This document shows positions 20,708 through 32,300 of a DNA stretch of 64,000 nt, in pieces. This DNA comes from Myxococcota bacterium (GTDB taxonomy: Bacteria; Myxococcota_A; UBA796; SXON01). Below the pieces are notes generated by a model. The model searched no databases, was not told where the DNA came from, and saw only the letters and a program-made list of their open reading frames with translations. Where the stretch lies: NCBI GenBank assembly GCA_040386535.1, contig JAZKFH010000005.1:94198-158197 (forward strand), read 5' to 3'. Position 1 is the first letter of the stretch; every line of letters starts with the position of its first letter. The translations under genes were made by a program, and so were the position numbers.

Positions 20708-21148
20708 CTACGGCGGAGTTCCCGTGTCACCAACTCCGGTGCCGGTGTCACCACCGCCACCGGTGTCACCACCACCGCCGGTGTCACCACCGGTGTCACC
20801 CCCGGCGCCGGCGTCCGGCTCGTCGGTGTCGTCGAGATCGTCGTCGTCGTCCATGTCGTCGAGATCGTCGTCGTCGTCATCCGTGTCGTCGAGATCGTCG
20901 TCGTCATCGAGATCGTCGTCGTCCTCGTCTTCGTCGAGGTTGTTCTCGTCGTCCTCGCGATCGTCGTCCCCGTCGTCGCCGTCGAGGTCGTCCTCCTCAT
21001 CGCCGTCGGTGGCGCCCTCGAGCTCCTCGACCTCGTCGGCGCCCGCCGCGGGCTCGTCCGCGGTGGAGAAGAGGGCGTACCCACCGCCACAACCCGGGAG
21101 GGTCAGGACGAGCGCGGCGAGCAGGAACACGGTGTGTGACAGTTGCAT
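20708..21148 (-). CDS. Highly acidic low-complexity lipoprotein
   Basis: Lipobox LPGC; Asp-rich tract; GGDT repeats. Confidence 0.7.
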   Translation of the reverse strand: MQLSHTVFLLAALVLTLPGCGGGYALFSTADEPAAGADEVEELEGATDGDEEDDLDGDDGDDDREDDENNLDEDEDDDDLDDDDDLDDTDDDDDDLDDMDDDDDLDDTDEPDAGAGGDTGGDTGGGGDTGGGGDTGTGVGDTGTPP

Positions 21149-21340
21149 TTGACTCCATTGCGAGGTCCGGAATGGCCCCGACACTTGGAACCTACTTTGC
21201 CGGCGCCGCGGATGTACTCACAATCGGCTCACCCGAGCCCCGAAACCGTATCCACCGCGAGTACACGATGGCCCCATGATTGCGATGAACACGCACTCCT
21301 GGTTGACGAGCCTCGTCGGTCGCTGTACTCAAGCATCACC

Positions 21341-22174
21341 GTGACACCTTCTCCCGATCTCTTCGCGCACCTCGACTTCCGCCGCTACCTCGGTGATTGG
21401 TTCGCCGCGCGGAAGGCGGCAAACCCCCGCTTCAGCCACCGCGCGTTCGCGCAGAAGGCCGGGCAGGCCTCGCCGAGCCTCCTGCTCGCGGTCATCGCCG
21501 GCAAGCGCAACCTCACCCCGGTCACCACCGCCGCGTTCGCCCGCGCGATGGGGCTGGACGCGGAGGAGGTCGGCTTCTTCACCGCGCTGGTCGAGCTCGG
21601 GCAGGCCGAGAGCCCCGACGAGCGCGCCCTGGCCTGGGAGAAGGTGCGCTCCGCGCGCCGGTTCCGCGAGGCACGGCGGCTCGACGGGGACGCGGTGGAG
21701 TACCTCTCGTGCTGGTACTACCCGGCCGTCCGCGAGCTCGCGACGTGCGCCGGCTTCCGCCCCGATCCCGAGTGGATCGCGGCGGCCCTCCGGCCCCGCA
21801 TCACCGCCGCCCAGGCCCGCGCCGCGCTCGATCTGCTCCTCTCCCTCGGCCTCCTCGAGCGGCGGGACGACGGCGGCGTCCGCGTCACCACCACCAGCGT
21901 CGCCACCCCCCACGAGGTCGCGGCGCTCGCCGCCTACGAATACCACCGCGGCATGCTCGCCCGCGCCGCCGAGGCGCTCGCGACCGCCGCTCCGTCGGAG
22001 CGGCACTACTGCGGCGTCACCGTCGCGGTCCCGTCCTCGCTCGTGCCCGTTCTCAAGCGGGAGCTCGACCTGTTCCAGGAGCGGCTGCTCGACCTCTGCG
22101 ACAGCGCCGAGGGCCCGCGCGAGCGGGTGTTCCAGCTCAACCTCCAGCTCCTCCCCCTCTCCCGAGAGGCCTGA
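21341..22174 (+). CDS. TIGR02147 family protein (N-terminal HTH-like region, DUF4423-like C-terminus)
   Basis: LFAHLDFRRYL...FSHRAFAQKAG..SPSLL..VIAGKRNL...YLSCWYYPAVREL...VFQLNLQLLPL. Confidence 0.88.
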   Translation: MTPSPDLFAHLDFRRYLGDWFAARKAANPRFSHRAFAQKAGQASPSLLLAVIAGKRNLTPVTTAAFARAMGLDAEEVGFFTALVELGQAESPDERALAWEKVRSARRFREARRLDGDAVEYLSCWYYPAVRELATCAGFRPDPEWIAAALRPRITAAQARAALDLLLSLGLLERRDDGGVRVTTTSVATPHEVAALAAYEYHRGMLARAAEALATAAPSERHYCGVTVAVPSSLVPVLKRELDLFQERLLDLCDSAEGPRERVFQLNLQLLPLSREA

Positions 22175-22176
22175 CC

Positions 22177-22836
22177 ATGCGCACCCTCCTCGCCCTGCTC
22201 CTCGTGTCCGGCCTCCTCGTGTCCGGGGCCCACGCCGGCACCGCGGTCGGCAACCCGACCGGCTTCACCCTGGACACCGCCCCCGGCGCGGGCCTCTCGT
22301 TCGACAGCGCCGTGGCCGAGGTCGAGTCCATCGTCGTCACCGACCGGAAGGGTGTCATCTGGACGTTGCCGGTCGACGCCCCGTTCGACCTGCTCGGCGG
22401 CACCCGCGTCGAGGTGCCCCTCGCTGATGCGGCGCAGGTCCGCGTCGTGTTCTCCGGGCCGCTCGTCTACTCTGGAGAGGGCCCCGAAGACACGCGTTTC
22501 ACCCTCGCGTTGACCGTCCCCTCCGTCGACCTCGCGATCGTCGCGCCGCCCGGCGAGCTTCCCGACGCCGTCCTGCGCCTCGGCGCCCCCGACTGGGCCA
22601 CGGCGACCATGCTCGGGCTCGGCGCCGGCCGCGCCGACGTGGGCGCGGGCGATCTCCTCCACGACACGCTCGCCGACGCGCTGGCGGGCGGGGCCGCGCT
22701 CTACGCGGACGAGGATGGGGATGGGCGGTGCGGCGACGAGGAAGACACCGACGACGACGACATCGACGACGACATCGACCTCGACGACGACGCCTCCGGA
22801 TGTGACGGCACGCCCCTCGGCACCGCGGTTCGGTAG
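22177..22836 (+). CDS. Secreted hypothetical protein beginning GTAVGNP
   Basis: Signal peptide ending AHA; starts 2 nt after the TIGR02147 stop; acidic C-terminus. Confidence 0.7.
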   Translation: MRTLLALLLVSGLLVSGAHAGTAVGNPTGFTLDTAPGAGLSFDSAVAEVESIVVTDRKGVIWTLPVDAPFDLLGGTRVEVPLADAAQVRVVFSGPLVYSGEGPEDTRFTLALTVPSVDLAIVAPPGELPDAVLRLGAPDWATATMLGLGAGRADVGAGDLLHDTLADALAGGAALYADEDGDGRCGDEEDTDDDDIDDDIDLDDDASGCDGTPLGTAVR

Positions 22837-22857
22837 CCCGCCCACCGGCCCCGCGGA

Positions 22858-23352
22858 TCAGCCGTCCGCGGTGGCCCCGGCCGCCACGAGCGCGGCGACG
22901 AACCCGGGGACGTCGGCGGGTGACACGAACACGCGCCGGGCGCCGCGCACCCACACGCCCGCCTCCACGGTGGCGGCGGCGTGGTACCGGCCCTCTCGAT
23001 CCGTGAACAAGCCGAGGGCGTAGGGCGGGAGCGCGGTGCCGGTGACCTTCCAGCCGTTCGCGGAGCCGGTCGATACGACCGCCGTCGTGAGCGGAATCCG
23101 CACGTGTCGCAGCCAGCCGGGCACTACGAGCGTCGCGCCTTCGATGCGATAGCGCATGGGCCGCGTCACCCGGCGCCACACCCAGAGGACCAGGAGCGCG
23201 AGCCCGACGTAGATGCTGACGAACAGCACGGTCGAGGAGACCGGCGCGTTCAGGAAGATGGGGAGGAGCCCGATGCACGGGAGCACGGCGATGATCAGGA
23301 GGCCCGGCATCCAGGTCCCCGCGGTGGAGGGGGGCGCGTCGAATTCCGTCAC
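22858..23352 (-). CDS. Membrane protein with bacterial PH-like domain
   Basis: Two TM helices then RYRIEGATLVV...GTALPPYALGLF...FVSPADVPGFVAAL; GTG overlaps the megasynthase stop. Confidence 0.7.
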   Translation of the reverse strand: MTEFDAPPSTAGTWMPGLLIIAVLPCIGLLPIFLNAPVSSTVLFVSIYVGLALLVLWVWRRVTRPMRYRIEGATLVVPGWLRHVRIPLTTAVVSTGSANGWKVTGTALPPYALGLFTDREGRYHAAATVEAGVWVRGARRVFVSPADVPGFVAALVAAGATADG

Positions 23353-26300
23353 CCGCGCACCCCGGCCACCACCGCCTCCGGAAGCTCCCACGCGCCGAGG
23401 TGCAGGGGCGCCGCCCGCAGCCCGGCCGCGCGGACGGCCGCGAGCACCGCGAGGGCGCGCGCGACGTCGACCGGCCCGACGGTGGGCCCGAGCCGCGCGT
23501 CACTCGCGACGAGCAGCGCCTCGGCGTGGCAGCCCGGCAACCAGCGCGCGCCGTAGCGGGCGCGGAGGGCGGCGGCGGCCGCGAACGGCGAGCGACGGTC
23601 GAGCACGCCTGCGTCGAGCTGGCCTCCGCCCACGAGCAGCACGTCGTTATGCTGTTCCATTCGGGCGCGCGCCGCGGCGTCGTCGAACGCGCGCGGGAAC
23701 GAGTCGTCGATCACGATGGTGCCCGGCCGGAGCGCGGCGACGTCGAGCGCGACGCCGCCGCTCGTCGCGGCCAGGATCAGGTCGGCGCCGAGCAGATCGT
23801 CGTCGGCGCCGGCCAGCCGCGGGTCGGAGCGCAGCTCGCGCGCCGGCGGCCCGAGCACGTGGACCACGAGATCGCGCACCGCGCGCCCGATCGCGCCGTA
23901 GCCGCAAAACCCCACCGTGAGCGTCGGCCAGCTCCGGCCCGTGCGCGCCAGCACCTCCTCCAGCGTGAGCAGCATCGCGACGACCGTGGCGCCGTGCCCC
24001 GTCGTGAGCTGGGGCCCGCCCTCCCAGAGCGGGCGCAACCCGAGCCCCGTGAGCGCGGGCAACATCCCGGCGAGGGCCACCACACGCGCGTCGGTGTGGC
24101 GGACGGCGGCGGCGAGCGCCGCGGGGAGGTCCGCGGCGTGGAGGCGGCCCGCCGGGATGGGCAGGAGCACGAGCTCGGACGTGCCGATGGCGGCGTCGAT
24201 GGTCTCGAGGCGGATGGCGTCGCTGGGCATGGGCAGGTCGACGCCGTCCGGCGGGTAGACGATGAGGGCGGCGTCCACGCGGCACCGGGCGCGAAGCCGG
24301 CGCTCCACCGCAGGCGCGAGCGCCGTGACGAGCGGGCCGCCGGACAGATCGAGGCGGAAGCCCTCCCCCGGGTCGTTCTCACCGCGCGCGTCCCGGTCGC
24401 TCGCGCCGACGAGGCCCGCGGCGAGCACCTCCGTGCCCGAGCCCGCGGCGTCGAACGTGGTCCGAGCGTTCGCCCAGTCAGCACGCACCGCGGTGGCGCT
24501 GCCGGGCATCTGGGCCGGATCGAGCCACGTGAGGAAGTAGCGCCCGAGCCGCGCCAGCATCCCGGCGCCGACGCCGACGAGCGAGGGATGGGCGAGCGCG
24601 GCGTCCAGGGTGGCGGCCACGTGAGCCTCGTCGACGCGCGCGCCGAAGCGCAGGGGCAGCCCGGTGGCGAACGGCCCGACGACGCCGGCCATCGCGGGGT
24701 CCTCACGCCCCGCGAGCGCGACGGACACGAGCAGATCGGGGCTCGGCGCCACCTCGGCGAGCGCCTCCGCGAAGGCGGCGAGCACCACCACGAACGGCGT
24801 ATGCGCGTGACGACGGGCGTGACGCCTCAGCCGCGCCCACGAGGGAGCGTCGAGCGCGACCCGCACCTCGACGCGCCGCGCCGGGAGATCCGCGGCCGCG
24901 GCCGGCGCCTGCGCCAGCCCCGCGAGCCTCTCGTCCCACCAGGCATCGGGCCGCACCGCGAGCGCGCGACGCGCCTCGGTGTCGAACGTGGCGGCCACGG
25001 CGGGCAGGCGCGCGGGGCGGCCGGCCGCGAAGTCGTCGTGAAGCGAGAGCAGCTCGCCCGCCATCGACCACGCGCTCCACGCGTCGGCGACGAGGTGGTG
25101 CGCGGCGAGGAAGAGGGCGTGCCGATCGGGGCCGAGGCGGGCGACGCGGAGGCGCAGGAAGGGCCCCGTCGCGAGGTCCCACCGCGCCGCGCGCGCCTCG
25201 TCCCACCGGGCGTCCAGCGCGCGCGCGCGGGCCGCCTCGGGCAAGGCGGAGAGGTCCTCCCACGGGATGGCGAGGGCGCGCGTGGGGAGCACACGCTGCG
25301 TGGATCCGTCGACCTCGACGATGCGGAGCAGCGGGTGCCGCTCCACCAGCGCGGCGACGGCGAGGCAGAAGGCATCGGCGTCGAGCGGGCCGAGCAGCGG
25401 CACGCGCGCGGTCCAGACGGGCGGCGCCCCGGCCTGGTGGGCAAGCCAGAACCCGCGCTGGACGGGGGAGAGGGGCCAGCGGTCGGCCGGGGTGTGCACG
25501 GTAGGCGTGACGACGACTGGCGCTCCAACCACGGCGCCCTCGATCGCGCACAGCGCCGCCACGTCCGCGAGGCGACGCGCGCGGTAGAACGCCAAGGGCG
25601 AGGGCGGGACCACGCCGCCCTCGCGGAGGTGGGCGACCACGTCGAGCACGTCGACGGAGTCGCCGCCGAGGGCGAAGAAGTCGTCGTCCGGCAGCGGCGC
25701 CGCGGGGAGGCGGAGGACGGCGCGCCACGCCTCGGCCACCGTGGAGAGGAGCGGAGCCGACGGAGCAACCGCGCTGGCCGACGCCTCGATCGCGCGCCGA
25801 TCGATCTTGCCGGCCGGGCTCCGCACGAGGCCGCCGACCTCGACCCGCGCCGGGACCATCCACACCGGGAGCCGCTCGGCCAGCCACGCGCGGACGGCCG
25901 CGCCGTCGACCTCCACGCCCGGGCGCGCCTCGATGCGCGCGTGGATCCGCCCCTCGGGCGCCACCACCGCCGCGTGCGCCACGCCCGGGTACCCCGTGAG
26001 CACGGCCTCGATCTCGCCGAGCTCGACGCGGTTGCCGCGCACCTGCACCTGGCTGTCCGTACGGCCCACGTACACGTAGGCGCCGTCCGCGCGCCGCCGC
26101 GCGAGGTCGCCGGTGCGGTACGCTCGGCCCACGCCGGGCAGCGCCACGAACGCGCGCGCGGTCTGCTCCGGGTCCGCGAGGTAGCCGTGCGCGATCGCGC
26201 CGCTCACGACCACCTCGCCCACCTCGCCGGGCCCCACGAGGCCCATCCCGCCGGGCTCGCAGAGCCGCACCTCCAGGCCGGCGCGCGGCCAGCCGATGGG

Positions 26301-29300
26301 CGTGAGCGGCTCGTCCGCCGCGGGCTCGCCCACCACCTCGTGCCACGTGGCGTTCACGATGGTCTCGGTCGAGCCGTACAGGTTCGCGAGCCGATGGCGA
26401 TCCCCGAAGAACGCGCGCCACCGCCGCGTGTACGCCGCGGTCACCGCCTCGCCCCCGATGAGCACCCAGCGCACCGAGGGCAGCGCGGCCCCCGCGCCCC
26501 GATTGTCGGCCTCGCGCTGCTCCGCGGCGTCGAGCAGGTGCATCCACACCGACGGCACCGCGTTGAACACGGTGACGCGCTGGGCTTCGAGGAGCGCGAG
26601 CAGCGCGGCCGGATCACGCATGGCGTGCGGAGGCGCCGGTACGACGGTACCCCCCGCGAGCAGCGGCGCGAACATCTGCCGGATGCACCCGCCGAAGGAG
26701 AGCGACGAGGTCTGGACGAAGCGGTCCTCCGCGGTGACCCCGAGCACCACCCCGACCCAGTCGAGAAACGCGAGCACCGCCGCGTGGCCCACCGCGACGC
26801 CCTTCGGCCGCCCGCTGCTGCCCGACGTGAACATCACGTGCGCGAGCGCGCCGCGACGCACCGGCCCCTCCGCGGCCTCCTCGTCGCCGACGGCGAGGAC
26901 CGGCACCCCAAAGGTGCGCGCGCGTTCGAGGAGCGCGGGCGGCGCGAGGATCACGGCGGGCGCGGCGATCGCGAGGACCTGGGCCACGCGCGCGTCGGGC
27001 CAGGACGGGTCGAGCCCCACCCACGCGGCGCCGGCGCGGAGCGTCGCGAGCACGGCGACGATCGCGTCGCCGCTCGGTGAGGCGAGGACGGCGATGCGCG
27101 GGGGCGCGGTGGTGGGGTCGAGGAGGTCGGCGGGGACTTCGGTGGGCTCGCCGATGAAGCGCACGATGTGCGACGCCAGCGCCGCCGACCGCCGCGCGAG
27201 CGTTCGGTACGTCACCACCTCGGCGCCATCGACAGCGACGCGATCGCCGACACGTTCGGCCACCGCGAGGATCCTGACGTGGAGCTGATCCGACGGGGCA
27301 TCCCCGGTGGATCCTCGCGCCACCGCGGCCAACGCCGCCACGTGCTCCTCCGCCCACCCACGCACCCGCGCCGGCGAGAGGTGGCTCGTGAGGAAGTTCC
27401 ACGAGAGGTGCAGCCGCCCGTCGAACACCCAGGCGACGAGGCCGAGCCGCGTGAAGCCCGAGGCCGACGCCCCGTGTATCTCCGCGATCGAACGATCTCC
27501 GATCCGCGACGGCGAGGGCAACAACGGGAAGCTGAACCCGGCCGGCGTGAGCCCGACCGGACCGTCGTCCGCGCCGCGCGACCCGAGCGCCGCTACCCCG
27601 AGGGCCGAGGCGCCCGCCTGCGATCCGACGGTCGCGAGCTCTCGCGCCACCCGACGCGCGAGCGCCGCGAGCGGCTCGCCCGGGCGCACCTCCACCCGCG
27701 CGGGCAGGCTGTCCGCGAAGGGCCCGACGATGCGCGTCACGTCGGGCACCCGCACCTCGCGCCGCCCCTGCGCCACGCGCACGACCACGTCGTGTTGCCC
27801 GCTCCACCGCCACAGGCGCTCGACGTAGCTGGCGAGCACGAGCGCCGGCAGGCTCACGTCGGCCGCGCGCGCCGCCGACACGAGCCCGGCGGTGTCGGCC
27901 TCGGAGAGCACCTCCCGTACGAACGCAGGGCCGCTCGGGGCGCGCGCCCCGGAACCGGAGCCCGGGGACGCCGGCTCCCACGGGAGCGGGAGCGGCGGCA
28001 CCCCGTCGCGGTAGCGCTCGGAGGCGGCGCCGGAAGCGGAACCCACCGCCCGCAGCGCGGCCGCGGCGTCGGCCCAGGTGGCGCCGAGCGGCGTGGGGAC
28101 GGCGCCGGTGCCGCGCTCGATCCCGTCCGCGACCTCGAGGAGCTCGCGCAGGACCACCTGGAGGCTCCAGGCATCGACGACCGAGTGGTGCGCGTCGAGC
28201 ACGATCCGCGCCCCGTCGCTGTACACGCGGACGAGCGGCCCGCGCTCGAGATCGAAGGTGCGCGCGTGGATCGTCGCGAGCTCGGGCATGCTCCACTCCA
28301 CCACCGGCGCCAGCCCGGGCGCCTCGGCCCACCCCCGCGGCCCCCGCGCGAACACCGTGGCGAGCGAGGTATGGCGCGCCGCCACGACCGCGAGCGCATC
28401 GACCAGCACCGCGCGCGCGACCGGCGGGTGCACCGTGCACGCGAGCAGCACGTTCCCGGGCACGTCGGGGAAGAAGGCGCGTTGCACCAGGAAGGTCTGC
28501 TGGGAGGGGAGGAGCTCCCCCTGGCGCTCCCCTTCCTCGGCCCCCCCGGTCCCCTCCCCCCCGCGCCGCTCCGCGCCTCCGGCCAGCGCGAGCACGATCG
28601 CGTCGACCGTGTCGTGTTCGTAGACGAGCGTGCTCGGCAAGGCGCGGCCCACGGCGCCTTCGAGGGCCTTGACCAGCTCGACGGCGGCGATCGAGTCGAC
28701 ACCCAGGCGGGCCACGCGGTCGTGGTCGCCCACCTCGTCCGGCGCGAGGCCGGCGGCGGCGGCCACGAGCGCGCGCACGCGGGCACGGAGATCGGCGGGC
28801 AGCGCGCCGCCGGCGGTGGGCGGGCGCTCCAGCACCACGACGTTCGGCGCCCCCGCGGCGAGCGCGAGCTCCAGCGCCGCGAACGCCCGCGCCGGCGCGA
28901 GGGGGGCGATGCCACGCGCGCGGAAGGCGGCCGCATGGCCGGCGGCGAGGCCCACGCCTGCCCAGGGCGGCCACGCGACGCTCATCCAGCCTGCCCCGTC
29001 GTGAGTCGCCTGCGTTCGCGCGAGGCGATCGAGCGCGGCGTTGGCGGCGGCGTAGCCCTCGATGCCCGCGCTCAACCCGGGGATCACCGCGGACACGGAG
29101 GAGAAGAGCACCACGAAGCCTTTCGCGGCCCCAAAAAGCCTCGCCCCTCCGATCGCCTCGGCCCCGGCCACCTTGGCCGCGAGCGCGGCGTCGTCGAGCC
29201 CGCCCGCGAGGTGGAAGACGCCGTCGAAGCCCTGGTCCGCCTCCCTCGTCGTCCCCCCCACGATCGCGGCCAGCGCCTGCTCGTAGAGCCGCGGCGCCTC

Positions 29301-32300
29301 GGTCGCGAGGTTCCCCGCGAGGTACACCGCGTCCCCACCGGCGCGGCGCACGTCGCCGACGAGCCGGTCCGCCTCGGGGCGCCGCCCGAGCAGCACCAGC
29401 CGCGCACCCCAGCGCCGCGCCAGCCACCGCGCGAGCGCGCCGCCGAGCCCGCCCGACGCGCCGGTGACGAGGTACCGCCCTCCCGTCCGGAGCGCGTGGA
29501 CCGGCGTCTCCGGCGCGGTGACCGGTGCCCAGGCGAGCCCGCCCGCCACGTCACGCGTGACCACGTGCACCCAGCCGGTCGCGTCGGCGTCGCCCAGCCA
29601 GTGCCGACGGGGCGCACCCGCGGCGACCGGGCGGTCCTCGCGGTCGGGGCCGCCCTCCACGATCACGTGCGCGTTGGTGCCGCCGAAGCCGAAGCTGCTC
29701 ACGGCGCCCAGGGCCCCCGGGATCGCGCCACCACCGAGCGTGTCCACGACCCGCAGCAGGCCGGCGATCCCTGCCGCCCCGAGCAGGTGGCCGATGGTCC
29801 CCTTCACCGCCCCGATCGGGGGCCCGTGCGGGTAACAACGGGCGAGCACGCCGCGCTCCACGGCGTCGCCCACGGCGGTGCCCGTCGCATGCGCCTCCAC
29901 GAACGTCACGTCGCGCGCGTCGACCCGCGCCACCGCCAGCGCCGCGCGGATCACTGCCTCCTGCCCCGCGGGGTTGGGCGCCATCACGCCGAGCGACGCG
30001 CCGTCGTTGTTCACCGCGCTGCCGCGCAGGATGCCGAGGATACGGTCCCCGTCGGCACGCGCGCGCGCAAGGGGCTTGAGGACCACGGCGGCGGCGCCCT
30101 CTCCGAGCACGGTGCCGTCGGCGTCCGCGGCGAAGGGGCGGCAGCGCCCGGTCGGCGAGAGCGCGCCGGCCCGCGCGAAGAGCCGCGGCAGGGCGGGCCC
30201 CAGGTTGAGGTTCACGCCGCCGGCCACGGCGCGCTCGCACTCGCCGGCGCGGAGGGCCTGGCACGCGAGGTGGACCGCCACGAGCGACGCCGAACACGCC
30301 GTGTCGACGGTGAGCGCGGGGCCGCGCAGGTCGAGGTGGTGCGCCACACGCCCGGCTAGCATCGAGAGCAGGTTGCCGGCCAGGGTGCCGGGCGGGAGCT
30401 GCTCGTCGGGCTCCGCGAGGGCGTCGAGCACCGTCTCGAGGTAGGCCTGCTGCCCCGCGCCGACGTAGACGCCCACACGATCCTGGGCCCCCGCTCCTTC
30501 CCGAGCCCCGGCGCCCCCCGCGCGCTCCAACGCCTCTGCCGCCACCGTCAGGAACAGCCGCTGCTGCGGATCCATCGCGGCGGCCTCGTCCGCGGAGATG
30601 CCGAAACGCGCCGCGTCGAAGGTGGCCACGTCCGCGAGCCAGCCGCCGGCCTGGGAGCCGGCGCCGTGGGAGCCGTGGGAGCCGGCTTCGCGTGCGCCGT
30701 GGGAGCCGGGCGCGATGCGGGTCGGCCCGGCCACGAGCGCGGCGAGGTCGGCGGGCGCGTCGGCCCCGGGGAGGCGGCAGGCCGAGGCGATGATGGCGAT
30801 GGCGGTGTCCGCGTGGGGCGGCGCGCTCGCTACGATCCCCTGCGGATCGGATCGTTCGAGCCACGCCGCCATGCGCCGCACGCCGTCGGCCACCAGCAGG
30901 CTGCGATGGTCGGGGGCGCGTCCGAAGCGCGCGTCGACCCGCGCGAGCAGATCGACCGCCGCGAGCGAGCCGCCGCCGAGCTCCCGGAACGTGGCGTCGA
31001 GCGCGTCGTCCGCGAGCGGGCGCCGAAGTGCCTCCTCCCATAAGCGCCGAACGGTCGCGACCGTCTCCGGGGCGGCGCCGTCCAGCGCACCCGCCTCCAG
31101 CGACGCGCGCACGAGCACCCGGCGCTTCTTGCCGCTCGTGGTGCGCTCGATGCGGTCGATCGGCACCGCCACCACGTCCTCGGCCCCCAGCCCCGTCGCG
31201 ACGACGCGCCGCACGTCCGCCAACACTCGCCACGGCTCGGCGCCCTCCGCCAGCACCACGGCCACACACACGCGCTCGCCCGCGGCCCGCGCGTCCGACG
31301 TCGCGACCGCCCCCCGCACGCCCGGCACCACCTCCGCGAGCGCCTCGACGTCGTGCGCCGGCACGTTGCGCCCGTTCACGATCAGCTGGTCCTTGTCGCG
31401 CCCCACGAGCACCAGCCGCCCGTCCACCAGCGCGCCAACGTCGCCAGTTCGGATCCACTCGCCACAGCGGAGGGCAGCGGTGGCGTCGTCATCGCGCCAG
31501 TACCCCGCCGCCACGTTGGGCCCTGCCACCTGCACCGCGCCGGCCACGCCGTCGGGCAGCTCTTCGTCGCGGGCATCCACGATCCGCAGCGCCACGCCCG
31601 GGAGCGGCGCGCCCAGGTCCACGCGATCGCGCCCGCCGACCGGGAGCGTGCGCAGCCCGTCCACGGTGGCGCTCACCCCCACGGCCGCCTCCGCGAGGCC
31701 GTACATCGGCGCGTGCGCCGCCTCGGGGAGCCCCGTCAGGCGCGAGAACGCGCGGCACACGGCCGGATCGATCGGCTCCGCGCCGTTGAACAGGAACCGC
31801 AGCGTCGTCAGGTCAGGGCGCTCGCCCGTCGCGATCAGGCGTCGGTTGGCGCGCACCAGCGCGGTGTTCGTGGTCGCGGTCGTGGTGGCGCCGAAGGTGG
31901 CCACGGCGCGGAGCCACACGAGCGGATCCCCCATCGCCACGTCGGCACGCATCCGCACCTGCCGCATCCCGAGCGAGAGCGGGTACAGGTGGCAGCCGAT
32001 GAGCCCCATGTCGTGGAACAGCGGCATCCACGCGAGGTCGACGTCGTCGGGCCCCACGGGCAACCGCCCCGCGAGCTGGGCGACGTTGGCGAGCAGGTTC
32101 GCGTGCGTGAGCACCACCCCCTTCGGATCGCGCGTGCTCCCCGACGAGAATTGCAACAGCGCCACCTCGGCGTCCCCGCGCGCCTCGCGGGAGGGGCCCG
32201 CGAGCAGCATGGCGGCATCGAGCGCGCCGGGCACCGGCAGATCGGACACCACGGGCCCGCCGAGCTGGGCGTGCACCCGCGCGATCCGACCCCGCTCGGC

